This document shows positions 1 to 9,465 of a stretch of DNA of 64,000 nt, piece by piece (the first letter of the stretch is position 1; each line of letters opens with the position of its first letter). The position numbers were made by a program, and so were the translations under genes. This stretch comes from an uncultured Candidatus Entotheonella sp. (GTDB lineage: Bacteria; Tectomicrobia; Entotheonellia; Entotheonellales; Entotheonellaceae). The stretch is taken from positions 160,001 through 224,000 of the forward strand of contig CBDCDA010000001.1 in NCBI GenBank assembly GCA_965215335.1, written 5' to 3'. Below the pieces are notes generated by a model, which was given only the letters and a program-made list of their open reading frames with translations, did no database searches and was not told where the DNA came from.

Positions 1-232
1 CGAGATCCGGCGCGGCCGCAATACCCTCGGCGAACTCGCCGAAGCCGCCGGCCGCGATCCGAGCACGGTGCAGATCATGGCCTTCGGACACGCCGGTCAT
101 TTCAAGAGCCGCGCGGCGGTAGCGGAACTGATCGACGCGGGCGCCAACCGCGTCACCATCTGGCTGGAACAAACGGAAGGCGAGAGCGCCCTGGCCGAAA
201 TGGACGACATCGCGCGGCGAATCCTGGCCTGA
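1..232 (+). CDS. 3' end of LLM-class (luciferase-like) oxidoreductase, truncated by window edge
   Basis: Frame 2 reads EIRRGRNTLGELAEAAGRDPSTVQIMAFG...DAGANRVTIWL...RILA* (TGA 230-232); AAGRDP and the C-terminal pattern are typical of LLM proteins. Confidence 0.6.
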   Translation, partial: EIRRGRNTLGELAEAAGRDPSTVQIMAFGHAGHFKSRAAVAELIDAGANRVTIWLEQTEGESALAEMDDIARRILA

Positions 233-499
233 CAGCCAGAAATAGTGGCCAGCGGTCAGCAAAATCATTGTCGGCGCCGTCAACTCGCCATGCCGGGCTT
301 GACCACGTACCCAGTACGGGGCAGGCTCCGGCATCCAGCGGAGCCGGAAAAGAGTGATGCAGGGAGAACGAGCAATTACGACAGGATAATCGGCGGTTGC
401 TGGACCCCCTTGGCCCCTTTAGACGATAACGACCGCTTGCGGGACGCCCTTAAACGACTTCCGTCCCCACCCGGGCGACGGAGGTGTGGGAAGCTGTCA

Positions 500-712
500 T
501 CAGGGCTGTGCGGTGTGTTCTTCGCGGAACCTGCCGGCGATCCAGCCTTCGATGCGCGATAGCCGCTCCTTGACGCTCGCAAGGTCTTCCTGCAAACGGT
601 CCATGCGCCCTTCGATACGGTCGAGGCGTCCGTCCAGGCTGGCATACATTCGCCACTGCACACCTGCCAGCGCCGCGCCGACGCCGATAATCGCCCAGAA
701 TTCCGCGCTCAT
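500..712 (-). CDS. Small membrane-anchored coiled-coil protein (70 aa)
   Basis: N-terminal hydrophobic helix FWAIIGVGAALAGV, then heptad-like RLDRIEGRMDRLQEDLASVKERLSRIE; AGGAGG upstream. Confidence 0.7.
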   Translation of the reverse strand: MSAEFWAIIGVGAALAGVQWRMYASLDGRLDRIEGRMDRLQEDLASVKERLSRIEGWIAGRFREEHTAQP

Positions 713-826
713 TGGTCCCTCCTGCTCATCAGCCGCGCCCGAAGCCGCGTGGCGACTTCCCTGGAGCCGGAATGACCGATGGTTCTACCGACCCCACTGG
801 CCACTATCCACTCGCCACTGCCTTTT

Positions 827-1906
827 TCACTCCCGAAAGTACGGTATGACGTGCTTGCCCATCAGCCGCAGGGCGCTCATGATCCTGTCGTGCGGCAGCT
901 TGCCGTACTGCATGAAGCACAGGACCTGATCGACGCCTTGCGCCTCGTACTTCCTGATCGTCTCGATGCACGTGTCAGGGTTGCCGATGCAGAACGTCCC
1001 TCCGTCGACGTAATCCTGAATCGTGCGCCCGGCGCGTTCCTTCTGTACCGCATCCACCGCAAACCTGTACGAATCCGGCACGTCAGTACCCTTCTGGCGC
1101 CACGGCTGGTACAGGTCCACCGTCTTGTTCATGAACCACAGCCCGTGCATGCCGGCATTGTCGATGGCTTCCGCGTCGGTCTCGGCGCAGTGCAGGATGC
1201 ACAGCGCCGCCACCTGGTTGTTGACGAACCTGCCGACCGGCCTGGCGTTGGCAATGCCCTTGCGGTAATTGTCGATACGGTTGCGGAGCTCCTCGGGCAC
1301 GCCGATATTGAAGCACAGCGCGCCCAGGCCCTTTTCTCCCGCGGCGTAGAAACTTTCCGGCTGGCCGCAGGCAACCCAAAGCGGCGGGTGCGGGTCCTGA
1401 ACCGGCTTGGGAATGACCGAGCGCGGCGGAATCTTGAAGTAGTGGCCGTCGTGCTCGAAGGGGTCCTCCGTCCACATGCGCGGGATGATGCTGACGGCTT
1501 CTTCCCACATCGCCCGCGTTTCCTCGGGGCTGATCTGGAAGCCGTCCATCTCGATCAGCGTCGTGGAACGCCCGGTGCCGAGGTCGCAGCGCCCGTCGCT
1601 GAGGATGTCCAGCACCGCGGCCCGCTCGGCAACCCGAACCGGATGGTTGTACTGCGGCGGCAGCAAAGCCACGGCGTGGCCGATGCGAATGGTCGAGGTG
1701 CGTTGCGAAATCGCGCCGTACAGCACTTCCGGCGCCGAGCAGTGCGAAAACTCCTTCAGAAAATGGTGCTCGACCGTCCAGAAGTGGTCGAACCCCATCT
1801 CATCGGCAAGCGTCACCTGTTCGAGGACCTGCTTGTAAACGTCCCGTTCGATGCCCGGGTAGTGGGGTTCGGGAATCTGAATCTCGTACATAAGCCCGAA
1901 TTTCAT
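827..1906 (-). CDS. LLM-class flavin-dependent oxidoreductase
   Basis: MKFGLMYE start; GFDHFWTVEHHF, HPVRVAERAAVLDILSDGR, PKPVQDPHPPLW motifs. Confidence 0.93.
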   Translation of the reverse strand: MKFGLMYEIQIPEPHYPGIERDVYKQVLEQVTLADEMGFDHFWTVEHHFLKEFSHCSAPEVLYGAISQRTSTIRIGHAVALLPPQYNHPVRVAERAAVLDILSDGRCDLGTGRSTTLIEMDGFQISPEETRAMWEEAVSIIPRMWTEDPFEHDGHYFKIPPRSVIPKPVQDPHPPLWVACGQPESFYAAGEKGLGALCFNIGVPEELRNRIDNYRKGIANARPVGRFVNNQVAALCILHCAETDAEAIDNAGMHGLWFMNKTVDLYQPWRQKGTDVPDSYRFAVDAVQKERAGRTIQDYVDGGTFCIGNPDTCIETIRKYEAQGVDQVLCFMQYGKLPHDRIMSALRLMGKHVIPYFRE

Positions 1907-1995
1907 AAAGTTCATCCTCTCATGGCGAATGCGCATGACAGCCTATTGACGCACAGTTCGTCGCCTACAGGTGGCATGGATGCAGTGCGAAGAAA

Positions 1996-2334
1996 TCAAG
2001 GTTCGACCTCGCCCAAAGGCCGTGCGAAGGTATATGTCGCCGGCTTGACGACCAGGACTTTGGCCGCATCGTCAGCGCTGCGGGTTGGCAGGCTGAAGGG
2101 AAGCGTGACGATGAACGTGGCCGTGCCCAGAACCGTAGCGGCAAGACCCAGGGGCCGAAGGAGGAAGACATCCACCAGCATCATGCCCGCCGCGCTCGAC
2201 GCCTCCTGCGTCTCGTTCGTCTCGTCTGCCACGTTCGGCATCGCGGTTTCCTGGGCGGCCGCAAGGGTCGTAGCCGAGAGCAGCACAAGGATCAAGAGCA
2301 TCGTAAACCATGAGGGCGTTGCAGGCTGAGGCAC
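1996..2334 (-). CDS. Small exported/membrane protein of unknown function
   Basis: GTG after GGAG; signal-like segment, then the conserved-looking D..LLRPLGLAATVLGTATFIVTLPFS...LVVKPA.YTFARPLG block. Confidence 0.7.
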   Translation of the reverse strand: MPQPATPSWFTMLLILVLLSATTLAAAQETAMPNVADETNETQEASSAAGMMLVDVFLLRPLGLAATVLGTATFIVTLPFSLPTRSADDAAKVLVVKPATYTFARPLGEVEP

Positions 2335-2368
2335 GGGGCTTCTCCATGGATGAGGTTGGAAACGGTTG

Positions 2369-5300
2369 TCAGAAGAGCTCGAGTTGTGTGTCCGGCTTTC
2401 TTGACCGGTCGCCCTGAAGCCGGAAACGTTGTCGGTCCAGAAAGGCTTCCTCCAGGTTATCCAGGAATGGCGAGGGCGCCAACACTTGCACGCGGCCGCG
2501 CCACAGGCGCTGTCGGGCATGGCACAGATACAAACGGGTCCTGGCTCGCGTCATCCCCACGTAGAACAGCCGGCGTTCTTCATCGAGGTCCGCCTGGCCG
2601 CGCCGACCCCACGCGAGCGGCAGCAGGCCGTCCTCGCACCCGACAATGAAGACGACCGGGAATTCCAAACCCTTGGCGGCGTGGAGCGTCAGCAGGGAGA
2701 TACGGTCGGCGCGCGGGTCCCACGCGTCCACCTGGGTCCCCAAGGCCAGCTCGGCGAGAAACCGCTCGAGATCGTTCCCACACGCGGCCGCCAACGGCTG
2801 CAAGAGGTCGAAGGCTTCGAGGAAATCCGGCGCCGGCGCAATGGCATCCGCCTCGCCATCGTACCCGTGCGGCGCGACCGCGGCGAGTTGCTCGCGCAGA
2901 GAGCCGGCGCCCTGTCGCTGCAGCAAGGCAGCGACAAGTGCGGCAACGCCAGGGTGGTCGATGAGAAGGCGATGCGAACGATGCTGGAACGGCATGCCGG
3001 AGCGTTGCAGCGCCTCGACGAGCGCCGGTGCCTGGGCTTCGGTGCGGTAGAGCACGGCAATGTCGGCAAAGGACAGCTCGTCCGTTGCGGGTTCCGCAGC
3101 CCGCCCGCTATCGATCGAGAAAAAAGAATGGCCGCCGAGGAGTTGCTCGACGGTGCGTACCACAAATTCCGCCTCTGCCGCCTCGCTGGCGGCCTCGTGC
3201 AGAATGATTCGGCGGGATACCGCGGCGCTTGCGGAAACCGACGCGGGTTGAAAGGCGGACTGCGCCATGAGCTGGCCGGACAGCGTGACAATGTGGGGCT
3301 GGGAGCGGTAATTTCGCTTCAACCGCACCACCCGCGCGTTCGGGAAGTCATCCTGAAAACGCTCGAAGAAGCGCACGTCGGCGCCCCGGAAGCCATAGAT
3401 CGCCTGATTCGCGTCACCAATTGCACACACGTTCCCGTCTGCCGGTGCAAGTTGTCTGACGAGACGCACCTGTTGCTCGTCAACGTCCTGATACTCGTCG
3501 ATGAATACCCAGGGATAACGCTGGCGACAAGATGCTTGCAAGTCCGGCTGTGCCTCCAGCACGTCTGCTGCCAAACCGACCAGGTCGTCATAGTCCACCA
3601 GGTTGCGGAGGGCCAATTCGCGCTGATAGGTCTCGCAGGCATACGCCAGTTTGGCCGCCTCGGGAGCCGCCTGGGTCCGCTTGGCATGCGAGATCGCCGT
3701 CATCAGGCGACGCGCCTGCGCCTCGGAAACGTCCAGCGCCTTCTGCAGGATGTCAAGGCGCTGCGCCGCCGTCGCAATCCGAAAGGCGCGATGCAGGCCC
3801 GCCGCATTCCAGTGTTCCCGGAGGATGGCAAGACCCAGGGCATGAAACGTGAAGAGCGGGATGGGTTTCCAGACGTCGGGGAGCAGGGTTTTCAGACGGG
3901 CACGCATCTCGTCCGCGGCGCGCCGGGTAAACGTAATCGCCAGGCAGCGGGCTGCCGGCACGCCGCGGTGACGAATCAGATGGGCGATCCGATGCGTCAA
4001 GATCCTGGTCTTGCCGGAGCCGGGCCCCGCAACGATCAGGATGGGACCGGTCCCGGCATCGACGGCCCGGCGTTGATCCGCGTCCAGTTCCGGGACGACC
4101 CCGTTTCCTTGTTCGTAGGTAGCCGGAGCTTCCTGCACCAACGCACCGGAGGGAGGTGCCGGCTCCCGCGCGGCGGGAATGGCCGGGGAGCGCTTGTCTG
4201 CCGGGGCCGCAGGCGGTGCTACGGCATCCGCAAACAAGGACCTCCCGAGTGTGTGGCGGCGCAACTCGTCGGGTTGAAACAACCGGATCGTTCCGTAAGC
4301 GCCATCGTAGCCGGCCTCCCTGACGACGCGGTGCTCACGCAGGCGCGTGATCGCCTCGGCGAACAGGGAAGACGCCAGACGGCGGATGTCGTCCAGCGGC
4401 ACCTCGGTCAGCAGCGGCAATTCGGGGCCGAATTGCCCCAACAACCGTTCGTAGTGGTGGCTCACGCGCTTGCTCTTGCTGCCAACTTCGTAGAGTTCCG
4501 ACAGCACTTCGGGCAGCGGCACGAGGCTCTGCACGTTCCCGGCCGTAGGGGGCGGCGCGTCCTCCATGCGGTCGGCCAGGACTTCCACCCGGTGCATCAC
4601 GCCGACCGTGAGCGCCTTGCCGCATACCGAGCAGATGCCTCCGGCGGCACGAGTCTCGTGGGGTGCCAGCCGCACTTGGCAGGCCCGGTGCCCGTCGAGG
4701 TGGTACTTGCCTTCCTCCGGGAAAAACTCCACGGTGCCCGCATACCCCCGACCCGTTTCCAGCGCCTTACGCATGGCAAAGTAGTCCAGGTCACTGGTGA
4801 ACACACAGGCTTCTCTGCCGAGCTTTTCGGGCGAGTGGGCATCGGAGTTGGAGACCAGCCGAAAGCGGTCCAGAGACGACACCCGCCAATTCATCGGCGG
4901 GTCCGACGACAGGCCGGTCTCCACCGCAAAAATATGGGGCGTCAGGTCGGCGTAGCACAGGTCAATCGAGTCAAAGCCGGACTTCGAGCCCAGGGCGGCA
5001 AACCACGGCGTCCAGATATGGGCGGGCACGAGGTACGCTCCCGGTCCCGATTCCAGGACGATCTCCAGGAGGTGACGGGAATCCAGGCCCAAAATGGGCC
5101 GCCCGTCGGAGTTCAGATTGCCGATCTTTCCGAGGCTGTGATTGAACTCCTCGACGGTCGCAAAATCGGGCGCGTAGATGAGGTGATGAATCTTGCGGGT
5201 GGCATCGTCTCTTTTGTAGATCGTCGATATCTCGACGGACAACATGAAGTGCGTTGGGCCATGACAGGCGCGCGGCAGCCGGTTGGCGACGGCCCGTTCC

Positions 5301-5509
5301 AGGTCCGGGCGCAAGCGGAACAGGCCGGGCTCGGCGGGGATCAGCTTGTCCTTGAGCTCGGCCAGCCAGGCCGGATGCGTGAAGTCACCGGTGCCGACGA
5401 CGGTGATGCCCTTCTTGCGAGCCCACAAGACCAGGTGCTCGAGGTCGCAGTTGCGACTGGTGGCGCGCGAGTATTTGGAGTGCACGTGCAGGTCGGCGTA
5501 AAAAGCCAC
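2369..5509 (-). CDS. Endonuclease Q-like PHP domain fused to UvrD/PcrA SF1 helicase
   Basis: N-terminal ADLHVHSKYSRATS, GTGDFTHP, SNSDAHS, GKYHLDGHRAC..C..C; C-terminal AGPGSGKT, IDEYQD, GDANQAIYGFRGA, TLHAAKGLEF, EERRLFYVGMTRA; GTG with AAGGAGG RBS. Confidence 0.9.
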   Translation of the reverse strand: MAFYADLHVHSKYSRATSRNCDLEHLVLWARKKGITVVGTGDFTHPAWLAELKDKLIPAEPGLFRLRPDLERAVANRLPRACHGPTHFMLSVEISTIYKRDDATRKIHHLIYAPDFATVEEFNHSLGKIGNLNSDGRPILGLDSRHLLEIVLESGPGAYLVPAHIWTPWFAALGSKSGFDSIDLCYADLTPHIFAVETGLSSDPPMNWRVSSLDRFRLVSNSDAHSPEKLGREACVFTSDLDYFAMRKALETGRGYAGTVEFFPEEGKYHLDGHRACQVRLAPHETRAAGGICSVCGKALTVGVMHRVEVLADRMEDAPPPTAGNVQSLVPLPEVLSELYEVGSKSKRVSHHYERLLGQFGPELPLLTEVPLDDIRRLASSLFAEAITRLREHRVVREAGYDGAYGTIRLFQPDELRRHTLGRSLFADAVAPPAAPADKRSPAIPAAREPAPPSGALVQEAPATYEQGNGVVPELDADQRRAVDAGTGPILIVAGPGSGKTRILTHRIAHLIRHRGVPAARCLAITFTRRAADEMRARLKTLLPDVWKPIPLFTFHALGLAILREHWNAAGLHRAFRIATAAQRLDILQKALDVSEAQARRLMTAISHAKRTQAAPEAAKLAYACETYQRELALRNLVDYDDLVGLAADVLEAQPDLQASCRQRYPWVFIDEYQDVDEQQVRLVRQLAPADGNVCAIGDANQAIYGFRGADVRFFERFQDDFPNARVVRLKRNYRSQPHIVTLSGQLMAQSAFQPASVSASAAVSRRIILHEAASEAAEAEFVVRTVEQLLGGHSFFSIDSGRAAEPATDELSFADIAVLYRTEAQAPALVEALQRSGMPFQHRSHRLLIDHPGVAALVAALLQRQGAGSLREQLAAVAPHGYDGEADAIAPAPDFLEAFDLLQPLAAACGNDLERFLAELALGTQVDAWDPRADRISLLTLHAAKGLEFPVVFIVGCEDGLLPLAWGRRGQADLDEERRLFYVGMTRARTRLYLCHARQRLWRGRVQVLAPSPFLDNLEEAFLDRQRFRLQGDRSRKPDTQLELF

Positions 5510-5692
5510 GGTGAGGACCTCCTTGAGAACCCGGGCGCCACCCGAAGCGAAAGAGCGGGTGGCAGGCAGGGTAGCGCAGCCCCATGAGGCAGTCAATGCG
5601 CCTTCGGCGGCGCTTTCGCGTATAATGCGAGCTTTCCGATCCACAAAATCGCCGCCTGAACAGACCGTGAACCCGAGGGGAGGGGAGACGGC

Positions 5693-6211
5693 ATGACATT
5701 TCTTTCCGCCGTCGTGCGCGGAATTGATCGCCTGAACGCAAAGGTAGGACAGAACGTTTCCTGGCTCACCCTCATCCTGGTGCTGGTGACCACCTACGAC
5801 GTGGTCATGCGCTACCTGTTCGACATCACCTTCGTCTTCATCCAGGAACTGGAGTGGCACCTGTTCGCCGTCCTGTTCCTGATCGCCGCCGGCTACACGC
5901 ACCTCAAGGGCGACCACGTGCGAGTCGATATCGTGCACGCCAAGCTGTCGCCGCACACGAAAGCCTGGATCGAACTCGTCTTCGGTGTCCTGTTCCTCTT
6001 TCCCACCTGCTTCCTGCTGATCTGGACGTCCATTCCCTTCGTGCTCAACGCCTGGGCGGTCATGGAGGGATCACCCGACCCCGGCGGCATTCCGGCGCGC
6101 TACGTCCTGAAATCCGTCATCCCCATCGGCTTCGTGCTGGTGGCGCTGCAAGGTGTTTCGGCGACCATCCGAAACCTGTTCGTGGTGCTGGGGAAGGAGC
6201 TGCCGCAATGA
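5693..6211 (+). CDS. dctQ: TRAP transporter small permease
   Basis: 4 TM helices; QELEWHLF, HVRVD, EGSPDPGG motifs. Confidence 0.92.
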   Translation: MTFLSAVVRGIDRLNAKVGQNVSWLTLILVLVTTYDVVMRYLFDITFVFIQELEWHLFAVLFLIAAGYTHLKGDHVRVDIVHAKLSPHTKAWIELVFGVLFLFPTCFLLIWTSIPFVLNAWAVMEGSPDPGGIPARYVLKSVIPIGFVLVALQGVSATIRNLFVVLGKELPQ

Positions 6212-7530
6212 TGACCGATCTGCTTCCGGCGCTGATGTTCCTGGTTTTCAGCCTGTTGATCCTGGCGGGCTACCCGATCGCCTTCACCATCGGCGGCACG
6301 GCGCTGGCCTTCGGGCTGTACGGCTTCGGGCTGGACTTCTTCAACCTGTTGCCGCTGCGCATCTGGGGCATCATGACCAACTTCACCCTTATCGCAGTCA
6401 CGCTCTTCGTCTTCATGGGCGCGACGCTGGAGCGCTCCCGGCTGGCGGAGGACCTGCTGGAAACGATGGGCCTGGTGCTGGGGCGGTTGCCGGGCGGGCT
6501 GGCCATTTCGGTCGTCGTCGTGGGCACGCTGCTGGCGGCATCCACCGGCATCGTCGGCGCCACCGTCACCACCATGGGGCTGATCGCCCTGCCCACCATG
6601 CTGCGACGCAACTACGACCGCGGGCTGGCGTCCGGCGTCATCTGCGCCTCCGGCACCCTGGGGCAGATCATCCCGCCGAGCATCGTGCTCGTCCTGGTCG
6701 GCGACATCCTGGGCGTGCCGGTCGGCGACCTCTTCCTCGGCGCGCTCATTCCCGGCGTCAGCCTGGCCGCCCTGTACGTCCTGTACCTTCTGGGCGTCTC
6801 GCTCTTCCGCCCGCAGGCGGCGCCGCCGATCCCGCGCGCGGAGCGCACGGCGATTTCCACCCTCGAACTCCTGAAACGAATCGGCAAGGTGCTCGTCCCG
6901 CCGCTGTTCCTGATGCTCGCCGTGCTCGGCTCCATCTTCTTCGGCATCGCGGCGCCCACCGAGGCGGCCGCCATGGGCGCTTCGGGCGCCCTGCTGCTCA
7001 GCATTTTCAGCGGCAGGTTCAGTCTGAAAATGCTGCGTGAGGTGATGGAAACGACCACCCGCCTGACCAGCATGGTGTTCATCATTCTGGTGGGTGCCAC
7101 CGCCTTCGGCCTAGCGTTTCGTGGCCTGGGCGGCGACGCCCTCATCCACGACGTCGTCGATCAGCTGGCGCTGCCCAACTGGGCCATTTTCGCCTGCATC
7201 ATGGGGGTGGTGTTCCTGCTGGGGTTCTTCCTGGACTACATCGAGATCGCCTTCATCCACCTGCCGGTCATCGCGCCCATCCTGAGCGCTATGGGCTTCG
7301 ACCCGCTGTGGTACGGCGTCCTGCTGGGCATCAACCTGCAGACATCCTTTCTCACGCCGCCCTTCGGGTTTGCGCTGTTCTACTTCCGGGGGGTAGCGCC
7401 GGCCCAGGTCACCACCGGACAGATTTACCGCGGCATCATCCCGTTCGTCATCATCCAGATCGTCGGGCTGCTCCTCGTCGCGTTTTTCCCGGAACTGTCG
7501 ACGTGGCTGCCGCGGTACGTGTTCAGGTAG
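6208..7530 (+). CDS. dctM: TRAP transporter large permease
   Basis: Multi-TM; SGTLGQIIPPS, PTEAAA, NLQTSFLTPPFG; ATGA overlap with dctQ. Confidence 0.93.
   Translation: MMTDLLPALMFLVFSLLILAGYPIAFTIGGTALAFGLYGFGLDFFNLLPLRIWGIMTNFTLIAVTLFVFMGATLERSRLAEDLLETMGLVLGRLPGGLAISVVVVGTLLAASTGIVGATVTTMGLIALPTMLRRNYDRGLASGVICASGTLGQIIPPSIVLVLVGDILGVPVGDLFLGALIPGVSLAALYVLYLLGVSLFRPQAAPPIPRAERTAISTLELLKRIGKVLVPPLFLMLAVLGSIFFGIAAPTEAAAMGASGALLLSIFSGRFSLKMLREVMETTTRLTSMVFIILVGATAFGLAFRGLGGDALIHDVVDQLALPNWAIFACIMGVVFLLGFFLDYIEIAFIHLPVIAPILSAMGFDPLWYGVLLGINLQTSFLTPPFGFALFYFRGVAPAQVTTGQIYRGIIPFVIIQIVGLLLVAFFPELSTWLPRYVFR
7323..7530 (+). repeat. Copy 1 of 208-bp direct repeat (functional dctM 3' end)
   Basis: Near-identical to 9258-9465. 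Confidence 0.95.
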
Positions 7531-7561
7531 AGGATTTTCGTATCCGATCGGGAGGTCATCC

Positions 7562-7960
7562 ATGGCCGATACGTACGTCAGCAGTGACCAGTTCGACGAG
7601 TTCGTAAAACGCATCGAGCAAGGCTTTGCGCATGCCGAAGAAGCCAGGGTGCAGGAGATCGCCCTGATGAACCAGCGTTTCAAGATGGTGGAGAAGCGCT
7701 TCGAGATGGTGGAGAAACGCTTGGAGCAGGTTGATCAACGCTTTGAGCAAGTCAATCAGCGTTTTGCGCACGTCGACCGGAATTTCGAGCATGTCGACCG
7801 ACGCTTTGCGCAACTTGATCAGCGCCTGGACGAATTCAAGACGGACCTGCGAGCTGACATACAGAATCTGCGCATCTGGGTAATCGGGCTGTTCGGCCCG
7901 ATGCTCTTTGCCTTGGTAACCGCGGTGATCAAGTGGATCTTTTTCACCCCGGCGCCCTGA
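7562..7960 (+). CDS. Heptad-repeat coiled-coil protein with C-terminal TM helix
   Basis: Tandem 7-aa units (RFKMVEK/RFEMVEK/RLEQVDQ/RFEQVNQ/RFAHVDR), hydrophobic C-terminus; GGAGG RBS. Confidence 0.8.
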   Translation: MADTYVSSDQFDEFVKRIEQGFAHAEEARVQEIALMNQRFKMVEKRFEMVEKRLEQVDQRFEQVNQRFAHVDRNFEHVDRRFAQLDQRLDEFKTDLRADIQNLRIWVIGLFGPMLFALVTAVIKWIFFTPAP

Positions 7961-8035
7961 AGGGGACGGCAGATGAACAGCTTCAGATCAGGGCGGGAGC
8001 AACATGAAACCATGCCGATCGAATTCGACGCGGCC

Positions 8036-8041
8036 TTGACA
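8036..8041 (+). promoter_or_regulatory. Putative -35 box of higBA
   Basis: Consensus TTGACA 30 nt before higB ATG; no clear -10. Confidence 0.35.
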
Positions 8042-8070
8042 AACCTGCCATCAACCATCACGTTGCGGTC

Positions 8071-8346
8071 ATGATCAAGAGCATCAAGCACAGGGCGCTC
8101 CGCAACTACTGGACACGAGGTCGAACCAAGGGGTTGAACGCTGAATGGGTGCAAAAGCTGCGCCGTATTCTCGCGGCGCTCAATGCTGCTGAGAGACCGG
8201 GGCAGATGAGCTATCCAGGGTCCTATTTTCATCCCCTGAAAGGAGACCGGAGCGGACGCTACGCCGTTCGCCTCACGGCCAATGTGCGGGTCACCTTTGA
8301 GTGGGATGACGGCGCCGTTGACGTAGACATTGAGGACTACCACTGA
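8071..8346 (+). CDS. higB: HigB (RelE/ParE family) toxin
   Basis: MIKSIKHRAL...FHPLKGDRSGRYAVRLTANVRVTFEW...DIEDYH. Confidence 0.92.
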   Translation: MIKSIKHRALRNYWTRGRTKGLNAEWVQKLRRILAALNAAERPGQMSYPGSYFHPLKGDRSGRYAVRLTANVRVTFEWDDGAVDVDIEDYH

Positions 8347-8651
8347 TGATCGACAGACATCCCTCCGTAGACCCGGTGCATCCGGGCGAAATCCTGCGCG
8401 AGGACGTTCTCCCCGCGCTTTCCATGAGCGAGACGGCTGTGGCCGACGCCCTGAAGATATCCCGCCAGATGCTTTGCGATATTCTGAACGAGAAGCAGCC
8501 CGTCACCGCCGAGATAGCCGTTCGCTTCGGCAAGCTGTGCGGCAACGGCCCCGGCTTCTGGGTCAATCTGCAGCGCGCCTACGATTTGGCGATTGCGCAG
8601 CGATCCGTGGACGTGTCCGGGATACCGACCCTCGACGTGTATCCGGGGTAG
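8346..8651 (+). CDS. higA: HigA antitoxin (HTH)
   Basis: PVHPGEILREDVL...FWVNLQRAYDL; TGATG coupling to higB. Confidence 0.92.
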   Translation: MIDRHPSVDPVHPGEILREDVLPALSMSETAVADALKISRQMLCDILNEKQPVTAEIAVRFGKLCGNGPGFWVNLQRAYDLAIAQRSVDVSGIPTLDVYPG

Positions 8652-8932
8652 ACACCCCTGAACGCATACCCGACGAGGTATTCGCGGACGCTATGCTGAC
8701 CGTCGAGGATGACCGGCGGGACTACGGCGAGGCACGCTTTATCACCATCGGATTTCTCGATGACGTCATGGTGGTTCTCGTTCGGACGCCTCGCGGGGCG
8801 CCATGCATCGTGTCGTCCGCATGAGGAAAGCCAATGACCGGGAACGCAGGCTCTGCACCGCCGGGATTTTGATGCGACACGGCACCGGAAGGGCGACTGT
8901 TTGCAGCGGCCAGCCATCAATGTCCAGGTCCA

Positions 8933-9262
8933 GACGACGCGCTGGCACGGGGCGGTTGGTTCCATGTCCGCTTCATGGACGACATCCTGGTGCTCACGCC
9001 GACGCGCTGGAAGCTGCGGCGAGCGGTCAGGGTGGTCAATGAGGTGCTCGCGTCCCTCAAGCTGCGCAAACATCCTGCCAAGACGTTCATCGGTCGCGTC
9101 GAGAAAGGCTTCGACTGGCTGGGCTATCGTCTGACCCCGGACGGCCTGCGCCTGGCGGCCCGAACCGTCGCCAACTTCATCGCACGTATTACCCGGCTTT
9201 ATGAGCACACGTCCGGGCGGCCCGACCGCGCCGCCCGACGGGGGGAATGCGTGCGGCGCTGG
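8933..9262 (+). pseudogene. Reverse transcriptase C-terminal fragment (group II intron-like)
   Basis: HVRFMDDILVL (YxDD-equivalent), RWKLRRAV, HPAKTFIGRVEKGFDWLGY (RT7-like); N-terminal RT domains absent. Confidence 0.8.
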
Positions 9263-9465
9263 GCATCAACCTGCAGACGTCCTTTCTCACGCCGCCCTTC
9301 GGGTTTGCGCTGTTCTACTTCCGGGGGGTGGCGCCGGCCTAGGTCACCACCGGACAGATTTACCGCGGCATCATCCCGTTCGTCATCATCCAGATCGTCG
9401 GGCTGCTCCTCGTCGCCTTCTTCCCCGAGCTGTCGACGTGGCTGCCGCGCTACGTGTTCAACTGA
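9258..9465 (+). repeat. Copy 2 of dctM 3' end (orphan, internal TAG at 9340-9342)
   Basis: Matches 7323-7530 with mostly synonymous changes plus CAG>TAG. Confidence 0.95.

Larger units (their letters stand above)
8012..8860 (+). pseudogene. brnT: BrnT toxin pseudogene split by higBA
   Basis: MPIEFDAA at 8012-8035; EVFADAMLTVEDDRRDYGEARFITIGFL..MVVLVRTPRG from 8672; frameshift near 8800 to HRVVRMRKANDRERR. Confidence 0.7.

Noticed and set aside
2429..5587. 1052-aa plus-strand ORF (also 41151-44246, 58187-60760 and similar)
   Set aside because: Antisense shadows of recognisable genes in high-GC DNA; no motifs
7670..7830. CRISPR-like or tandem DNA repeat
   Set aside because: Degenerate 21-nt coding heptads with no spacers; no cas genes in the window
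7323..9465. Diversity-generating retroelement (RT plus repeat pair)
   Set aside because: Mismatches are mostly synonymous and not adenine-specific (G/C, T/C, C/T); the RT is a fragment; no avd; the target would be a permease
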